From contig OZ024743.1 in the NCBI GenBank assembly GCA_964016885.1, positions 235,352,001-235,416,000 of the forward strand: DNA of 64,000 nt, given 5' to 3'. Below the pieces are notes generated by a model that did not search any database, was not told the DNA's origin, and saw only the letters and a program-made list of their open reading frames with translations. Position 1 is the first letter of the stretch. Each line of letters begins with the position of its first letter. The position numbers and the translations under genes are program-made. The stretch is from Eledone cirrhosa. Lineage: Eukaryota. Shown here one piece after another: positions 26,151-41,000 of this stretch.

Positions 26151-29100
26151 TGGATGGTATCTAGTGGATGGTATCTAATGGATGGTATCTAGTGTCTAGT
26201 GGATGGTATCTAGTTGATGGCGTCTAGTGGATGGTATCTAGTTGATGGTGTCTAGTGGATGGTATCTAGTGGTTAGTGTCTAGTCGATGGTGTTTAGTGG
26301 ATGGTACCTATTGGATCTTGTCTAGTGGATCGTGTCTAATGTCTAGTGGATGGTATCTAGTGGCTGGTGTCTAGTGGATGGTATCTAGTGGATGGTTCCA
26401 AGTGGATGGTGTCTAGTGGATGGTGTCTAGTGTCTCGTGTCTAATAGATGGTATCTAGCGGATGGTATCTATGGATGGTATCTATGGATGGTGTCTAGTA
26501 GATAGTATCTGGTGGATGGTATTTATGGATGGTGTCTAGTGGATGGTATTTATGGATGGTGTCTAGTAGATGGTGTCTAGTGGTTGGTATCTAGTGGATG
26601 GTGTCTACTGGATGGTATCTAGTGGATGGTATCTAGTAGATGGTATCTAGTGGATGTCGTCTAATGGATGGTATCTAGTGTAGTGGATGGTGTCTAGTGG
26701 ATGGTATTTGTTGGATGGTGTCTAGTGGATGGTGTCGAGTATCTAATGTCTAGTGGATGGTGTCTAGTGGATGGTAACTAGTGGATGGTGTCTAGTGTCT
26801 AATCTCTAGTGGATGGTATCTAGTTGATGGTATCTAGTTGATGGTATCTAGTGGAGGGTGTCTAGTGGTTGGTATCTAGTGGATGGTGTCTATTGGATGA
26901 TGTCTAGCGGATGGTATCTAGTGGATGGTGTCTAGTAGATGGTGTCTAGTGGATGGTATCTAGTGGATGGTGTCTAGTGGATGGTATCTATGGATGGTGT
27001 CTAGTGGATGGTGTCTAGTGGATGGTGTCTAGTGGATGGTGTCTAGAGGATGGCGTCTTGTGGATGGTATCTAGTGGATGGTGTCTAGTTGATGGTATTT
27101 AGTGGATAGTATCTATTGGGTGGTATCTATTGGATGGTGTCTATTGGATGGTATCTAGTGGATGGTGTCTAATGGATGGTGTCTTGTGGATGGTGTCTAA
27201 TGTATGGTATCTAGTGGATGGTGTCTAGTGGATGGTATCTAGTGGATGGTGTCTAGTGGATGGTGTCTAGTGGATGGTGTCTAGTGAGAGGTATCTAGTG
27301 GATGGTGTCTAGTGGATGGTGTCTAGTGGATGGTGTCTAATAGATGGTATCTAGCGGATGGTATCTATGGATGGTATCTATGGATGGTGTCTAGTAGATG
27401 GTATCGAGTGGATGGTATTTATGGATGGTGTCTAGTGGATGGTATTTATGTATGGTGTCTAGTGTCTAATAGATGGTATGTAGCGGATGGTATCTATGGA
27501 TGGTATCTATAGTTGGTGTCTAATAGATAGTATCTAGTGGATGGTATTTATGGATGGTGTCTAGTGGATGGTATTTATGGATGGTGTCTAGTAGATGGTA
27601 TCTAGTGGATGGTGTCTACTGGATGGTGTCTTGTGGAGGGTGTGTAGTGTCTAGTGGATGGTATCTACTGGATGGTGTCTAGTGGATGGTATGTAGTGGA
27701 TGGTGTCTAGTGGATGGTATGTAGTGGATGGTGTCTAGTGGATGGTATGTAGTGGATGGTGTCTAGTGTCTAGTGGATGGTATGTAGTGGATGGTGTCTA
27801 GTGGATGGTATCTTGTGGATGGTATCTAGTGTCTACTGGATGGTATCTAGTGGATGGTATCTAGTGGATGTCGTCTAATGGATGGTATCTAGTGGATGGT
27901 GTCTAGTGGATGGTATCTATTAGATGGTGTTTAGTGGATGGTGTCTAATGTCTAGTGGATGGTGTCTAGTGGATGTTATCAAGTGGATAGTGTCTGGTGG
28001 ATGGTATTTAGTGGATGGTATTTAGTTGATGGTACCTAGTGGATGATGTCTAGTGGATGGTATCTATTGGATGGTATCTAGTGGATGGTGTCTAATGTCT
28101 AGTGGATGGTATCTAGTGGATGTTATCTAGTGGATGGTATCTAGTGGATGGTGTCTAGTGTCTAATCTCTAGTGGATGGTGTCTAGTGTCTAATCTCTAG
28201 TGGATGGTATCTAGTTGATGGTATCTAGTGGAGGGTGTCGAGCGGATTGTATCTAGTGGATGGTGTCTAGTGGATGGTATCTAGTTGATGGTATCTATGG
28301 GTGATGTCTAGTGGATGGTATTTAGGGACGGTGTCTAGTCGATGGTATCTAGTGGATGGTATCTATGGATGGTGTTTAGTGGATGGTGTCTAGTGGATGG
28401 TATCTAGTGGATGGTGTCTAGTGGAAGGTGCCTAGTGGATGGTGTCTAGTGGATGGTATCTAGTGGATGGTGTCTAGTGTTTAGTGGATGGTGTCTAGTG
28501 GATGGTATCTAGTGGATGGTATCTAGTTTGATAGAGTCTAGTGCAAGGTATCTAGTATCTACTGTCTAGTGGATGGTGTCTAGTGGATGGTTTCTAGTAG
28601 ATGGTATCTAGTGGATGCTGTCTAGTGCATGGTATCTAGTGGATAGCGTCTAGTGTCTAGTGGATGGTGTCTAGTGGATGGTGTCTTGTTGATGGTATCT
28701 AGTGTATGGTGTCTATTGGGTGGTATCTATTGGATGGTGTCTATTGGGTGTTATCTATTGGATGGTGTCTATTGGATGGTGTCTATTGGATGGTGTCTAG
28801 TGGATGGTATCTAGTGGATGGTATCTAGTGGATGGTATCTAGTGGATGGTATCTAGTGGATGGTATCTAGTGGATGGTGTCTAGTGGATGGTATCTAGTC
28901 AATGGTGTCTAGTGGATGGCGTCTAGTGTGTTATGTCTATTGTCTAATATCTAGTGGAAGGTGTCTAGTGGATCGTGTCTAATGTTTAGTGCATGCTATC
29001 TAGTGGATGGGGTCTAGTGGATGGTATCTAGTGTCTTGTGGATGGTGTCTAGTGTCTAGTGGATGGTATCTACTTGATGGTGTCTAGTGGATGGTATCTA

Positions 29101-32100
29101 GTGGATGGTGTCTAGTCGATGGTGTTTAGTGGATGGTGTCTAGTGGATGGCATGTAGTGGATGGTGTCTAGTGGATGGTGTCTAGTGGATGGTATGTAGT
29201 GGCTGGTGTCTAGTGGATGGTATCTAGTGGTTGCTGTCTAGTGGGAGGTATTTAGTGGATGGTGTCTAGTGTCTAGTGTCTAATAGATGGTATCGAGCGG
29301 ATGGTATCTATGGTTGGTGTCTAGTAGATAGTATCTAGTGGATGGTATTTATGGATGGTGTCTAGTGGATGGTGTCTAGTGGATAGTATCTAGTGGATGG
29401 TATTTATGGATGGTGTCTAGGGGATGGTATTTATGGATGGTGTCTAGTAGATTGTATCTAGTGGATGGTGTCTAGTGGATGGTGTCTTGTGCAGGGTGTT
29501 TAGTGTCTAGTGGATGGTATCTAGAGGATGGTGTCTAGTGGATGGTATTTATTGGATAGTGTCTAGTGGATGGTGTCGAGTATCTAATGTCTAGTGGATC
29601 GTGTCTAGTTGATGGTATCTAGTGGAGGGTGTCTAGTGGTTGATTTCTAGTGGATGGTGTCTAGTGGATGATGTCTATTGGATGATGTCTAGCGGATGGT
29701 GTCTAGTGGATGTTATCTAGTGGATGGTATCTATGGGTGATGTCAAGTGGATGGTGTCTAGTGGATGGTGTCTAGTGGATGGTATTTAGGGATGGTGTCT
29801 AGTCGATGGTATCTAGTGGATGGTATCTAGTGGATGGTGTCTAGTGGATGGTGTCTAGAGGATGGCGTCTTGTGGATGGTATCTAGTGGATGGTGTCTAG
29901 TCTCTAGTGGATGGTGTCTAGTGGATGGTATCTAGTGGATGGCGTCTAGTGTCTAGAGGATGGTATCTAGTGGATGGTGTCTAGTTGATGGTATCTATTG
30001 GGTGGTATCTATTGGATGGTGTCTATTGGGTGTTATCTATTGGATGGTGTCTATTGGATGGTGTCTATTGGATGGTGTCTAGTGGATGGTATCTAGTGGA
30101 TGGTATCTAGTGGATGGTGTCTAGTGGATGGTATCTAGTGGATGGTATCTAGTGGATGGTGTCTAGTCAATGGTGTCTAGTGGATGGCATCTAGTGTGTT
30201 ATGTCTAGTGTCTAATATCTAGTGGAAGGTGTCTAGTGGATCGTGTCTAATGTTTAGTGCATGCTATCTAGTGGATGGGGTATAGTGCATTGGTGTCTAG
30301 TGTCTAGTGGATGGTATCTAGTGTCTTGTGGATGGTGTCTAGTGTCTAGTGGATGGTATCTAGTTGATGGTGTCTAGTGGATGGTATCTAGTGGATGGTG
30401 TCTAGTCGATGGTGTTTAGTGGATGGTGTCTAGTGGATGGCATGTAGTGGATGGTGTCTAGTGGATGGTGTCTAGTGGATGGTATTTAGTGGCTGGTGTC
30501 TAGTGGATGGTATCTAGTGGTTGCTGTCTAGTGGGAGGTATTTAGTGGAGGGTGTCTAGTGTCTAGTGTCTAATAGATGGTATCTAGCGGATGGTATCTA
30601 TGGTTGGTGTCTAGTAGATAGTATCTAGTGGATGGTATTTATGGATGGTGTCTAGTGGATGGTGTCTAGTGGATAGTATCTAGTGGATGGTATTTATGGA
30701 TGGTGTCTAGTGGATGGTATTTATGGATGGTGTCTAGTAGATGGTATCTAGTGGATGGTGTCTAGTGGATGGTATTTATTGGATGGTGTCTAGTGGATGG
30801 TGTCGAGTATCTAATGTCTAGTGGATGGTGTCTAGTGTCTAATGTCTAGTGGATCGTGTCTAGTGGATGGTGTCTAGTGGATGGTAACTAGTGGATCGTG
30901 TCTAGTGTCTAATCTCTAGTGGATGGTATCTAGTTGATGGTATCTAGTGGAGGGTGTCTAGTGGTTGATTTCTAGTGGATGGTGTCTAGTGGATGATGTC
31001 TATTGGATGATGTCTAGCGGATGGTATCTAGTGGATGTTATCTAGTGGATGGTATCTATGGGTGATGTCAAGTGGATGGTGTCTAGTGGATGGTGTCTAG
31101 TGGATGGTATTTAGGGATGGTGTCTAGTCGATGGTATCTAGTGGATGGTATCTAGTGGATGGTGTCTAGTGGATGGTGTCTAGAGGTTGGCGTCTTGTGG
31201 ATGGTATCTAGTGGATGGTGTCTAGTCTCTAGTGGATGGTGTCTAGTGGATGGTATCTAGTGGATGGCGTCTAGTGTCTAGAGGATGGTATCTAGTGGAT
31301 GGTGTCTAGTTGATGGTATCTAGTGGATAGTGTCTATTGGGTGGTATCTATTGGATGGTGTCTATTGGAAGGTATCTAGTGGATGGTGTCTAGTTGATGG
31401 TATCTAGTGGATAGTGTCTATTGGTGGTATCTATTGGATGGTGTCTATTGGATGGTATCTAGTGGATGGTATCTAGAGGATGGTGTCTAGTGGATGGTAT
31501 CTAGTCGATGGTATTTAGTAGATGGTGTCTATGTATTGTGTCTAGTGGATGGCGTGTAGTGTCTAGTGGATGGTATCTAGTGGATGGTGTCTAGTGGATG
31601 GTGTCTTTTGGATGGTGTCTAATGTATGGTATCTAGTGGATGGTGTCTAGTGGATGGTATCTTGTTGATGGTGTCTAGTGAATGGTATCTAGTGTCTAGT
31701 GGATGAAATCTAGTGAATGGTGTCTAGTGGATGGTATCTAGTGTATGGTGTCTAATGTATGGTATCTAGTGTATGGTGTCTAGTGGATGGTAGCTAGTGG
31801 ATGGTGTCTAGTGGATGGTGTTTAGTGGATGGTGTCTAGTGGATGGTGTCTAGTGAGAGGTATCTAGTGGATGGTGTCTAGTGTCTAGTGTCTAGTGGAT
31901 CGTATCTTGTGGATGGTACCAAGTGGATGATGTCTAGTGGATGGTATCTAGTGTCTAGTGTGTAATAGATGGTATCTAGCGGATGGTATCTATGGATGGT
32001 ATCTATGGATGGTATTTATGGATGGTGTCTAGTGGATGGTATTTATGTATGGTGTCTAGTATCTAATAGATGGTATCTAGCGGATGGTATCTATGGATGG

Positions 32101-35100
32101 TATCTATGGATGGTGTCTAGTAGATGGTATCTAGTAGATTGTGTCTAGTGGATGGTGTCTAGTGGATGGTGTCTAGTGTCTAGTAGATAGTAGATAGTAT
32201 TTAGTGGATGGTATTTATGGATGGTGTCTAGTAGATGGTATCTAGTGGATGGTGTCTAGTGGATGGTGTCTTGTGGAGGGTGTGTAGTGTCTAGTGGATG
32301 GTATGTTATGGATGGTGTCTAGTGGATGGTGTCTAGTGGATGGTGTCTAGTGGATGGTGTCTAGTGGATGGTATTTATTGGATGGTGTCTAGTGGATGGT
32401 GTCGAGTATCTAATGTCTAGTGGATGGTGTCTAGTGTCTAATGTCTAGTGGATCGTGTCTAGTGGATGGTGTCTAGTGGATGGTAACTAGTGGATCGTGT
32501 CTAGTGTCTAATCTCTAGTGGATGGTATCTAGTTGATGGTATCTAGTGGAGGGTGTCTAGTGGTTGATTTCTAGTGGATGGTGTCTAGTGGATGATGTCT
32601 ATTGGATGATGTCTAGCGGATGGTATCTAGTGGTTGTTATCTAGTGGATGGTATCTATGGGTGATGTCAAGTGGATGGTGTCTAGTGGATGGTGTCTAGT
32701 GGATGGTATTTAGGGATGGTGTCTAGTCGATGGTATCTAGTGGATGGTATCTAGTGGATGGTGTCTAGTGGAAGGTGTCTAGAGGATGGCGTCTTGTGGA
32801 TGGTATCTAGTGGATGGTGTCTAGTCTCTAGTGGATGGTGTCTAGTGGATGGTATCTAGTGGATGGCGTCTAGTGTCTAGAGGATGGTATCTAGTGGATG
32901 GTGTCTAGTTGATGGTATCTAGTGGATAGTGTCTATTGGGTGGTATCTATTGGATGGTGTCTATTGGATGGTATCTAGTGGATGGTGTCTAGTTGATGGT
33001 ATCTAGTGGATAGTGTCTATTGGGTGGTATCTATTGGATGGTGTCTATTGGATGGTATCTAGTGGATGGTATCTAGAGGATGGTGTCTAGTGGATGGTAT
33101 CTAGTCGATGGTATTTAGTAGATGGTGTCTATGTATTGTGTCTAGTGGATGGCGTGTAGTGTCTAGTGGATGGTATCTAGTGGATGGTGTCTAGTGGATG
33201 GTGTCTTTTGGATGGTGTCTAATGTATGGTATCTAGTGGATGGTGTCTAGTGGATGGTATCTTGTTGATGGTGTCTAGTGAATGGTATCTAGTGTCTAGT
33301 GGATGAAATCTAGTGAATGGTGTCTAGTGGATGGTATCTAGTGTATGGTGTCTAGTGGATGGTGTTTAGTGTATGGTGTCTAGTGGATGGTGTTTAGTGG
33401 ATGGTGTCTAGTGGATGGTGTCTAGTGAGAGGTATCTCGTGGATGGTGTCTAGTGTCTAGTGGATCGTATCTAGTGGATGGTACCAGGTGGATGGTGTCT
33501 AGTGGATGGTATCTAGTCGATGGTATTTAGTAGATGGTGTCTATGTATTGTGTCTAGTGGATGGCGTGTAGTGTCTAGTGGATGGTATCTAGTGGATGGT
33601 GTCTATTGGGTGGTATCTATAGGATGGTGTCTATTGGATGGTGTCTAGTGGATGGTATCTAGTGGAATGTATCTAGTGGATGGTGTCTAGTGGATGGTAT
33701 CTAGTCAATGGTGTCTAGTGGATGGTATCTAGTGGATGGTATCTAGTGGATGGTATCTAGTAGATGGTATCTAGTGGATGTCGTCTAATGGATGGTATCT
33801 AGTGTAGTGGATGGTGTCTTGTGTCTAATGTCTAGTGGATGGTGTTTAGTGGATGGTGTCTAGTGTCTAATGTCTAGTGGATGGCGTCTAGTGGATGGTA
33901 ACTAGTGGATGGTGTCTAGTGTCTAATCTCTAGTGGATGGTATCTAGTTGATGGTATCTAATGGATGGTGTCTAGTGGATGATGTCTATTGGATGATGTC
34001 TAGCGGATGGTATCTAGTGGATGGTATCTAGTGGATGTTATCTAGTGGATGGTATCTATGGGTGATGTCTAGTGGATGGTATTTAGGGATGGTGTCTAGT
34101 CGATGGTATTTAGGGATGGTGTCTAGTCGATGGTATCTAGTTGATGGTATCTATGGATGGTGTCTAGTGGATGGTGTCTAGTGGATGGTGTCTTGTGGAT
34201 GTTGTCTAGTGGATGGTGTCTAGAGGATGGCATCTTGTGGATGGTATCTAGTGTATGGCGTCTAGTGTCTAGTGGATGGTATCTAGTGGATGGTGTCTAG
34301 TTGATGGTATCTAGTGGATAGTGTCTATTGGGTGGTATCTATTGGATGGTGTCTATTGGATGGTATCTAGTGGATGGTATCTCGTGGATCGTGTTTAGTG
34401 GATGGTATCTAGTCAATGGTATTTAGTAGATGGTATCTATGTATTGTGTCCAGTTGATGGCGTGTAGTGTCTAGTGGATGGTATCTAGTGTATGGTGTCT
34501 AATGTATGGTATCTAGTGGATGGTGTCTAGTGGATGGTGTCTAGTGAGAGGTATCTAGTGGATCGTGTCTAGTGTCTAGTGGATCGTATCTAGTGGATGG
34601 TACCAAGTGGATGGTGTCTAGTGGATGGTGTCTAGTGGATGGTATCTAGTGTCTAGTGTCTAATAGATGGTATCTAGCGGATGGTATCTATGGATGGTAT
34701 CTATGGATGGTGTCTAGTGGATGGTATCTAGTGGATAGTGTCTGGTGGATGGTATTTAGTGGATGGCATTTAGTTGATGGTATCTAGTCGATGGTGTCTA
34801 GCTGATGGTATATATTGGATGGTATCTAGTGGATGGTGCCTAGTGGATGGTGTCGAATATCTAATGTCTAGTGGATGGTGTCTAGTGTCTAATATCTAGT
34901 GGATGGTGTCTAGTGGATGGTATCTAGTGGATGTTATCTAGTGGATGGTATCTAGTGGATGGTGTCTAGTGTATAATCTCTAGTGGATGGTATCTAGTTG
35001 ATGGTATCTAGTGGAGGGTGTCTAGTGGATGATGTCTAGTGGATGGTGTCTAGCGGATTGTATCTAGTGGATGGTGTCTAGTGGATGGTATCTAGTTGAT

Positions 35101-38029
35101 GGTATCTATGGATGGTGTCTAGTGGATGGTGTCTAGTGGATGGTATCTAGTCAATGGTGTCTAGTGGATGGTATCTAGTGGATGGTATCTAGTGGATGGT
35201 ATCTAGTAGATGGTATCTAGTGGATGTCGTCTAATGGATGGTATCTAGTGTAGTGGATGGTGTCTAGTGGATGGTATTTATTGGAGGGTGTCTAGTGGAT
35301 GGTGTCTAGTGTCTAATGTCTAGTGGATGGTGTTTAGTGGATGGTGTCTAGTGTCTAATGTCTAGTGGATGGCGTCTAGTGGATGGTAACTAGTGGATGG
35401 TGTCTAGTGTCTAATCTCTAGTGGATGGTATCTAGTTGATGGTATCTAATGGATGGTGTCTAGTGGATGATGTCTATTGGATGATGTCTAGCGGATGGTA
35501 TCTAGTGGATGGTGTCTAGTGGATGTTATCTAGTGGATGGTATCTATGGGTGATGTCTAGAGGATGGTATTTAAGGATGGTGTCTAGTCGATGGTATCTA
35601 GTTGATGGTATCTATGGATGGTGTCTAGTGGGTGGTGTCTAGTGGATGGTGTTTAGTGGATGGTATCTAGTCAATGGTATTTAGTAGATGGTATCTATGT
35701 ATTGTGTCTAGTTGATGGCGTGTAGTGTCTAGTGGATGGTATCTAGTGTATGGTGTCTAATGTATGGTATCTAGTGGATGGTGTCTAGTGGATGGTGTTT
35801 AGTGGATGGTGTCTAGTGGATGGTCTAGAGGATGGCGTCTTGTGGATGGTATGTAGTGTATGGCGTCTAGTGTCTAGTGGATGGTATCTAGTGGATGGTG
35901 TCTAGTTGATGGTATCTAGTGGATAGTGTCTATTGGGTGGTATCTATTGGATGGTGTCTATTGGATGGTATCTAGTGGATGGTATCTCGTGAATCGTGTT
36001 TAGTGGATGGTATCTAGTCGATGGTATTTAGTAGATGGTATCTATGTATTGTGTCTAGTGGATGGCGTGTAGTGTCTAGTGGATGGTATCTAGTGTATGG
36101 TGTCTAATGTATGGTATCTAGTGGATGGTGTCTAGTGGATGGTGTTTAGTGGATGGTGTCTAGTGGATGGTGTCTAGTGAGAGGTATCTAGTGGATCGTG
36201 TCTAGTGTCTAGTGGATCGTATCTAGTGGATGGTACCAAGTGGATGGTGTCTAGTGGATGGTGTCTAGTGGATGGTATCTAGTGTCTAGTGTCTAATAGA
36301 TGGTATCTAGCGGATGGTATCTATGGATGGTATCTATGGATGGTGTCTAGTGGATGGTATCTAGTGGATAGTGTCTGGTGGATGGTATTTAGTGGATGGC
36401 ATTTAGTTGATGGTATCTAGTCGATGGTGTCTAGCTGATGGTATATATTGGATGGTATCTAGTGGATGGTGCCTAGAGGATGGTGTCGAATATCTAATGT
36501 CTAGTGGATGGTGTCTAGTGTCTAATGTCTAGTGGATGGTGTCTAGTGGATGGTGTCTAGTGGATGGTATCTAGTGGATGTTATCTAGTGGATGGTGTCT
36601 AGTGTATAATCTCTAGTGGATGGTATCTAGTTGATGGTATCTAGTGGAGGGTGTCTAGTGGATGATGTCTAGTGGATGGTGTCTAGCGGATTGTATCTAG
36701 TGGATGGTGTCTAGTGGATGGTATCTAGTTGATGGTATCTATGGATGGTGTCTAGTGGATGGTGTCTAGTGGATGGTATCTAGTGGATGGTATCTATGGA
36801 TGGTGTCTAGTGGATGGTGTCTAGTGGATGGTATCTAGTGGATGGTGTCTAGTGGATGGTGTCTAGTGTATGGTATCTAGTGGATGGTATCTAGTTGATG
36901 GTATCTAGTGGATGGTGTCTAGCGGATTGTATCTAGTGGATGGTGTCTAGTGGATGGTATCTAGTTGATGGTATCTATGGGTCATGTCTAGTTGATGGTA
37001 TTTAGGGACGGTGTCTAGTCGATGGTATCTAGTGGATGGTATCTATGGATGGTGTCTAGTGGATGGTGTCTAGAGGATGGTATCTAGTGGATGGTGTCTA
37101 GTGGATGGTGTCTAGTGTCTAATGTCTAGTGGATGGTATCTAGTGGATGGTGTCTAGTGTATGGTGTCTAGTGGATGGTATCTAGTTGATGGTATCTATG
37201 GATGGTGTCTAGTGGATGGTGTCTAGTGGATGGTATCTAGTGGATGGTGTCTAGTGGATGGTGCCTAGTGGATGGTGTCTAGTGGATGGTATCTAGTGGA
37301 TGGTGTCTAGAGGATGGCGTCTTGTGGATGGTATCTAGTGGATGGTGTCTAGTGTCTAGTGGATGGTGTCTGGTGGATGGTATCTAGTGGATGGTATCTA
37401 GTTTGACAGTGTCTAGTGCAAGGTATCTAGTATCTACTGTCTAGTGGATGGTGTCTAGTGGATGGTTTCTAGTAGATGGTATCTAGTAGATGTTGTCTAG
37501 TGCATGGTATCTAGTGGATGGCGTCTAGTGTCTAGTGGATGGTATCTAGTGGATGGTGTCTTGTTGATGGTATCTAGTGGATGTAGTCTATTGGGTGGTA
37601 TCTATTGGATGATGTCTATTGGGTGGTATCTATTGGATGGTGTGTATTGGATGGTGTCTAGTGGATGGTATCTAGTGGATGGTATCTAGTGGATGGTGTC
37701 TAGTGGATGGTATCTAGTGGATGGTATCTAGTGGATGGTGTCTAGTGGATGGTATCTAGTCAATGGTGTCTAGTGTATGGTGTCAATCAATGGTGTCTAG
37801 TGGATGGCGTCTAGTGTGTTATGTCTAGTGTCTAATGTCTAGTGGATGGGGTCTAGTGGATTGGTGTCTAGTGTCTAGTGGATGGTATCTAGTGTCTAGT
37901 GGATGGTATCTAGTGTCTTGTGGATGGTGTCTAGTGTCTAGTGGATGGTATCTAGTTGATGGTGTCTAGTGGATGGTATCTAGTGGATGTTGTCTAGTCG
38001 ATGGTGTTTAGTGGATGGTGTCTAGTTGA

Positions 38030-41000
38030 TGGTATCTAGTGGATGGTACCTAGTGGATGGTATCTAGTGGATGGTGTCTAGTGAATGGTATCTTGTGGAT
38101 CTTGTCTAGTGGATGGTATCTAGTGGCTGGTGTCTAGTGGATGGTATCTAGTAGCTGCTGTCTAGTGGGAGGTATCTAGTGGATGGTACCAAGTGGATGG
38201 TGTCTAGTGGATGGTGTCTAGTGTCTAATAGATGGTATCTAGTGTCTAATAGATGGTATCTAGCGGATGGTATCTATGGATGGTATCTATGGATGGTGTC
38301 TAGTAGATAGTATCTAGTGGATGGTATTTATGGATGGTGTTTAGTGGATGCTATTTATGGATGGTTTTTAGTAGATGGTATCTAGTGGATGGTGTCTAGT
38401 GGATGGTATCTTGTGGAGGGTGTTTAGTGTCTAGTGGTTGGTATCTAGTGGATGGTATCTAGTGGATGTCGTCTAATGGATGGTATCTAGTGGATGGTGT
38501 CGAGTATCCAATGTCTAGTGGATGGTGTCTAGTATCTAATGTCTAGTGGATGATGTCTAGTGGATGGTGTTTAGTGTATAATCTCTAGTGGATGGTATCT
38601 AGTTGATGGTATCTAGTGGATGGTGTCTAGCGGATGGTATCTAGTGAATGGTGTCTAGTGGATGTTATCTAGTGGATGGTATCTATGGGCGATGTCTAGT
38701 GGATGGTATTTAGGGATGGTGTCTTGTCGATGGTATCTAGTGGATGGTATCTATGGATGGTGTCTAGTTGACGGTGTCTAGTGGATGGTGTCTAGTGGAT
38801 GGTGTCTAGAGGATGGCGTCTTGTGAATGGTATCTAGAGGATGGCGTCTTGTGAATGGTATCTAGTGGATGGTGTCTAGTGTCTAGTGGATGGTGTGTAG
38901 TGGATGGCGTCTAGTCTCTAGAGGATGGTATCTAGTGGATGGTGTCTAGTCGATGGTATCTAGTGGATAGTGTCTATTGGGTGGTATCTATTGGATGGTG
39001 TCTATTGGATGGTATCTAGTGGATGGTGTCTAGTTGATGGTATCTAGTGGATAGTGTCTATTGGGTGGTATCTATTGGATGGTGTCTATTGGATGGTATC
39101 TAGTGGATGGTATCTAATGGATGGTGTCTAGTGGATGGTATCTAGTCGATGGTATTTATTAGATGGTGTCTATGTATTTTGTCTAGTGGATGGCGTGTAG
39201 TGTCTAGTGGATGGTGTCTAGTGGATGGTGTCTTTTGGATGGTGTCTAATGTATGGTATCTAGTGGATGGTGTCTAGTGGATGGTATCTTGTTGATGCTG
39301 TCTAGTGAATGGTATCTAGTGTATGGTGTCTAATGTATGGTATCTAGTGTATGGTGTCTAGTGGATGGTATCTAGTGGATGGTGTCTAATGGATGGTGTT
39401 TAGTGGATGGTGTCTAGTGGATGGTGTCTAGTGGATGGTGTCTAGTGAGAAGTATCTAGTGGATGGTGTCTAGTGACTAGTGTCTAGTGGATCGTATCTA
39501 GTGGATCGTACCAAGTGGATGGTGTCTAGTGTCTAGTGTCTAATAGATGGTATCTAGCGGATGGTATATATGGATGGTGTCTAGTGGATGGTATTTATGG
39601 ATGGTGTCTAGTAGATAGTTTCTAGTGGATGGTATTTATGGATGGTGCCTAGTAGATGGTATCTAGTGGATGGTGTGTAGTGGAAGGTGTCTTGTGGAGG
39701 GTGTGTAGTGTCTAGTGGATCGTATGTAGTGGATGGTGTCTAGTGGATGGTGTCTAGTCGATGGTATGTAGTGGATGGTGTTCTAGTGGATGGTGTCTAG
39801 TGGATGGTATGTAGTGGATGGTGTCTAGTGTCTAGTGGATGGTATCTAGTTGATGGTATCTAGTGGAGGGTGTCTAGTGGTTGGTATCTAGTGGATGGTA
39901 TCTAGCGGACGATGTCTAGTGGATGGTGTCTAGCGGATTGTATATAGTGGATGGTGTCTATTGGATGGTATCTAGTTGATGGTATCTATGGGTGATGTCT
40001 AGTGGATGGTATTTAGGGACGGTGTCTAGTCGATGGTATCTAGTGGATGGTATCTATGGATAGTGTCTAGTGGATGGTGTCTAGAGGATGGTATCTAGTG
40101 GATGGTGTCTAGTGGATGGTGCCTAGTGGATGGTGTCTAGTGGATGGTATCTTGTGGATGGTGTCTAATCTATGGTATCTAGTGTATGGTGTCTAGTGGA
40201 TGGTATCTAGTGGATGGCGTCTAGTGGATGGTGTTTAGTGGATGGTGTCTAGTGGATGGTGTTTAGTGTCTAGTGGATTGTTTCTAGTGGATGGTATCTA
40301 GTGGATGGTATCTAGTTTGATAGTGTCTAGAGCAAGGTATCTAGTATCTACTGTCTAGTGGATGGTGTCTAGTGGATGGTGTCGAGTATCTAATGTCTAA
40401 TGGATGGTATCAAGTGGATAGTGTCTATTGGGTGGTATCTATTGGATGGTGTCTATTGGATGGTATCTAGTGGATGGTATCTAGTGGATGGTGTCTAGTG
40501 GATGGTATCTAGTCGATGGTATTTAGTAGATGGTGTCTATGTATTGTGTCTAGTGGATGGCGTGTAGTGTCTAGTGGATGGTATCTAGTGTATGGTGTCT
40601 AGTGGATGGTGTCTTTTGGATGGTCTCTAATGTATGGTATCTAGTGGACGGTGTCTAGTGGATGGTATCTTGTTGATGGTGTCATGTGAATGGTATCTAG
40701 TGTCTAGTGGATGAAATCTAGTGGATGGTGTCTAGTGGATGGTATCTAGTGTATGGTGTCTAATGTATGGTATCTAGTGTATGGTGTCTAGTGGATGGTA
40801 TCTAGTGGATGGCGTCTAGTGGATGGTGTTTAGTGGATGGTGTCTAGTGGATGGTGTTTAGTGTCTAGTGGATTGTTTCTAGTGGATGGTATCTAGTGGA
40901 TGGTATCTAGTTTGATAGTTCCTAGAGCAAGGTATCTAGTATCTACTGTCTAGTGGATGGTGTCTAGTGGATGGTTTCTAGTAGATGGTATCTAGTGGAT

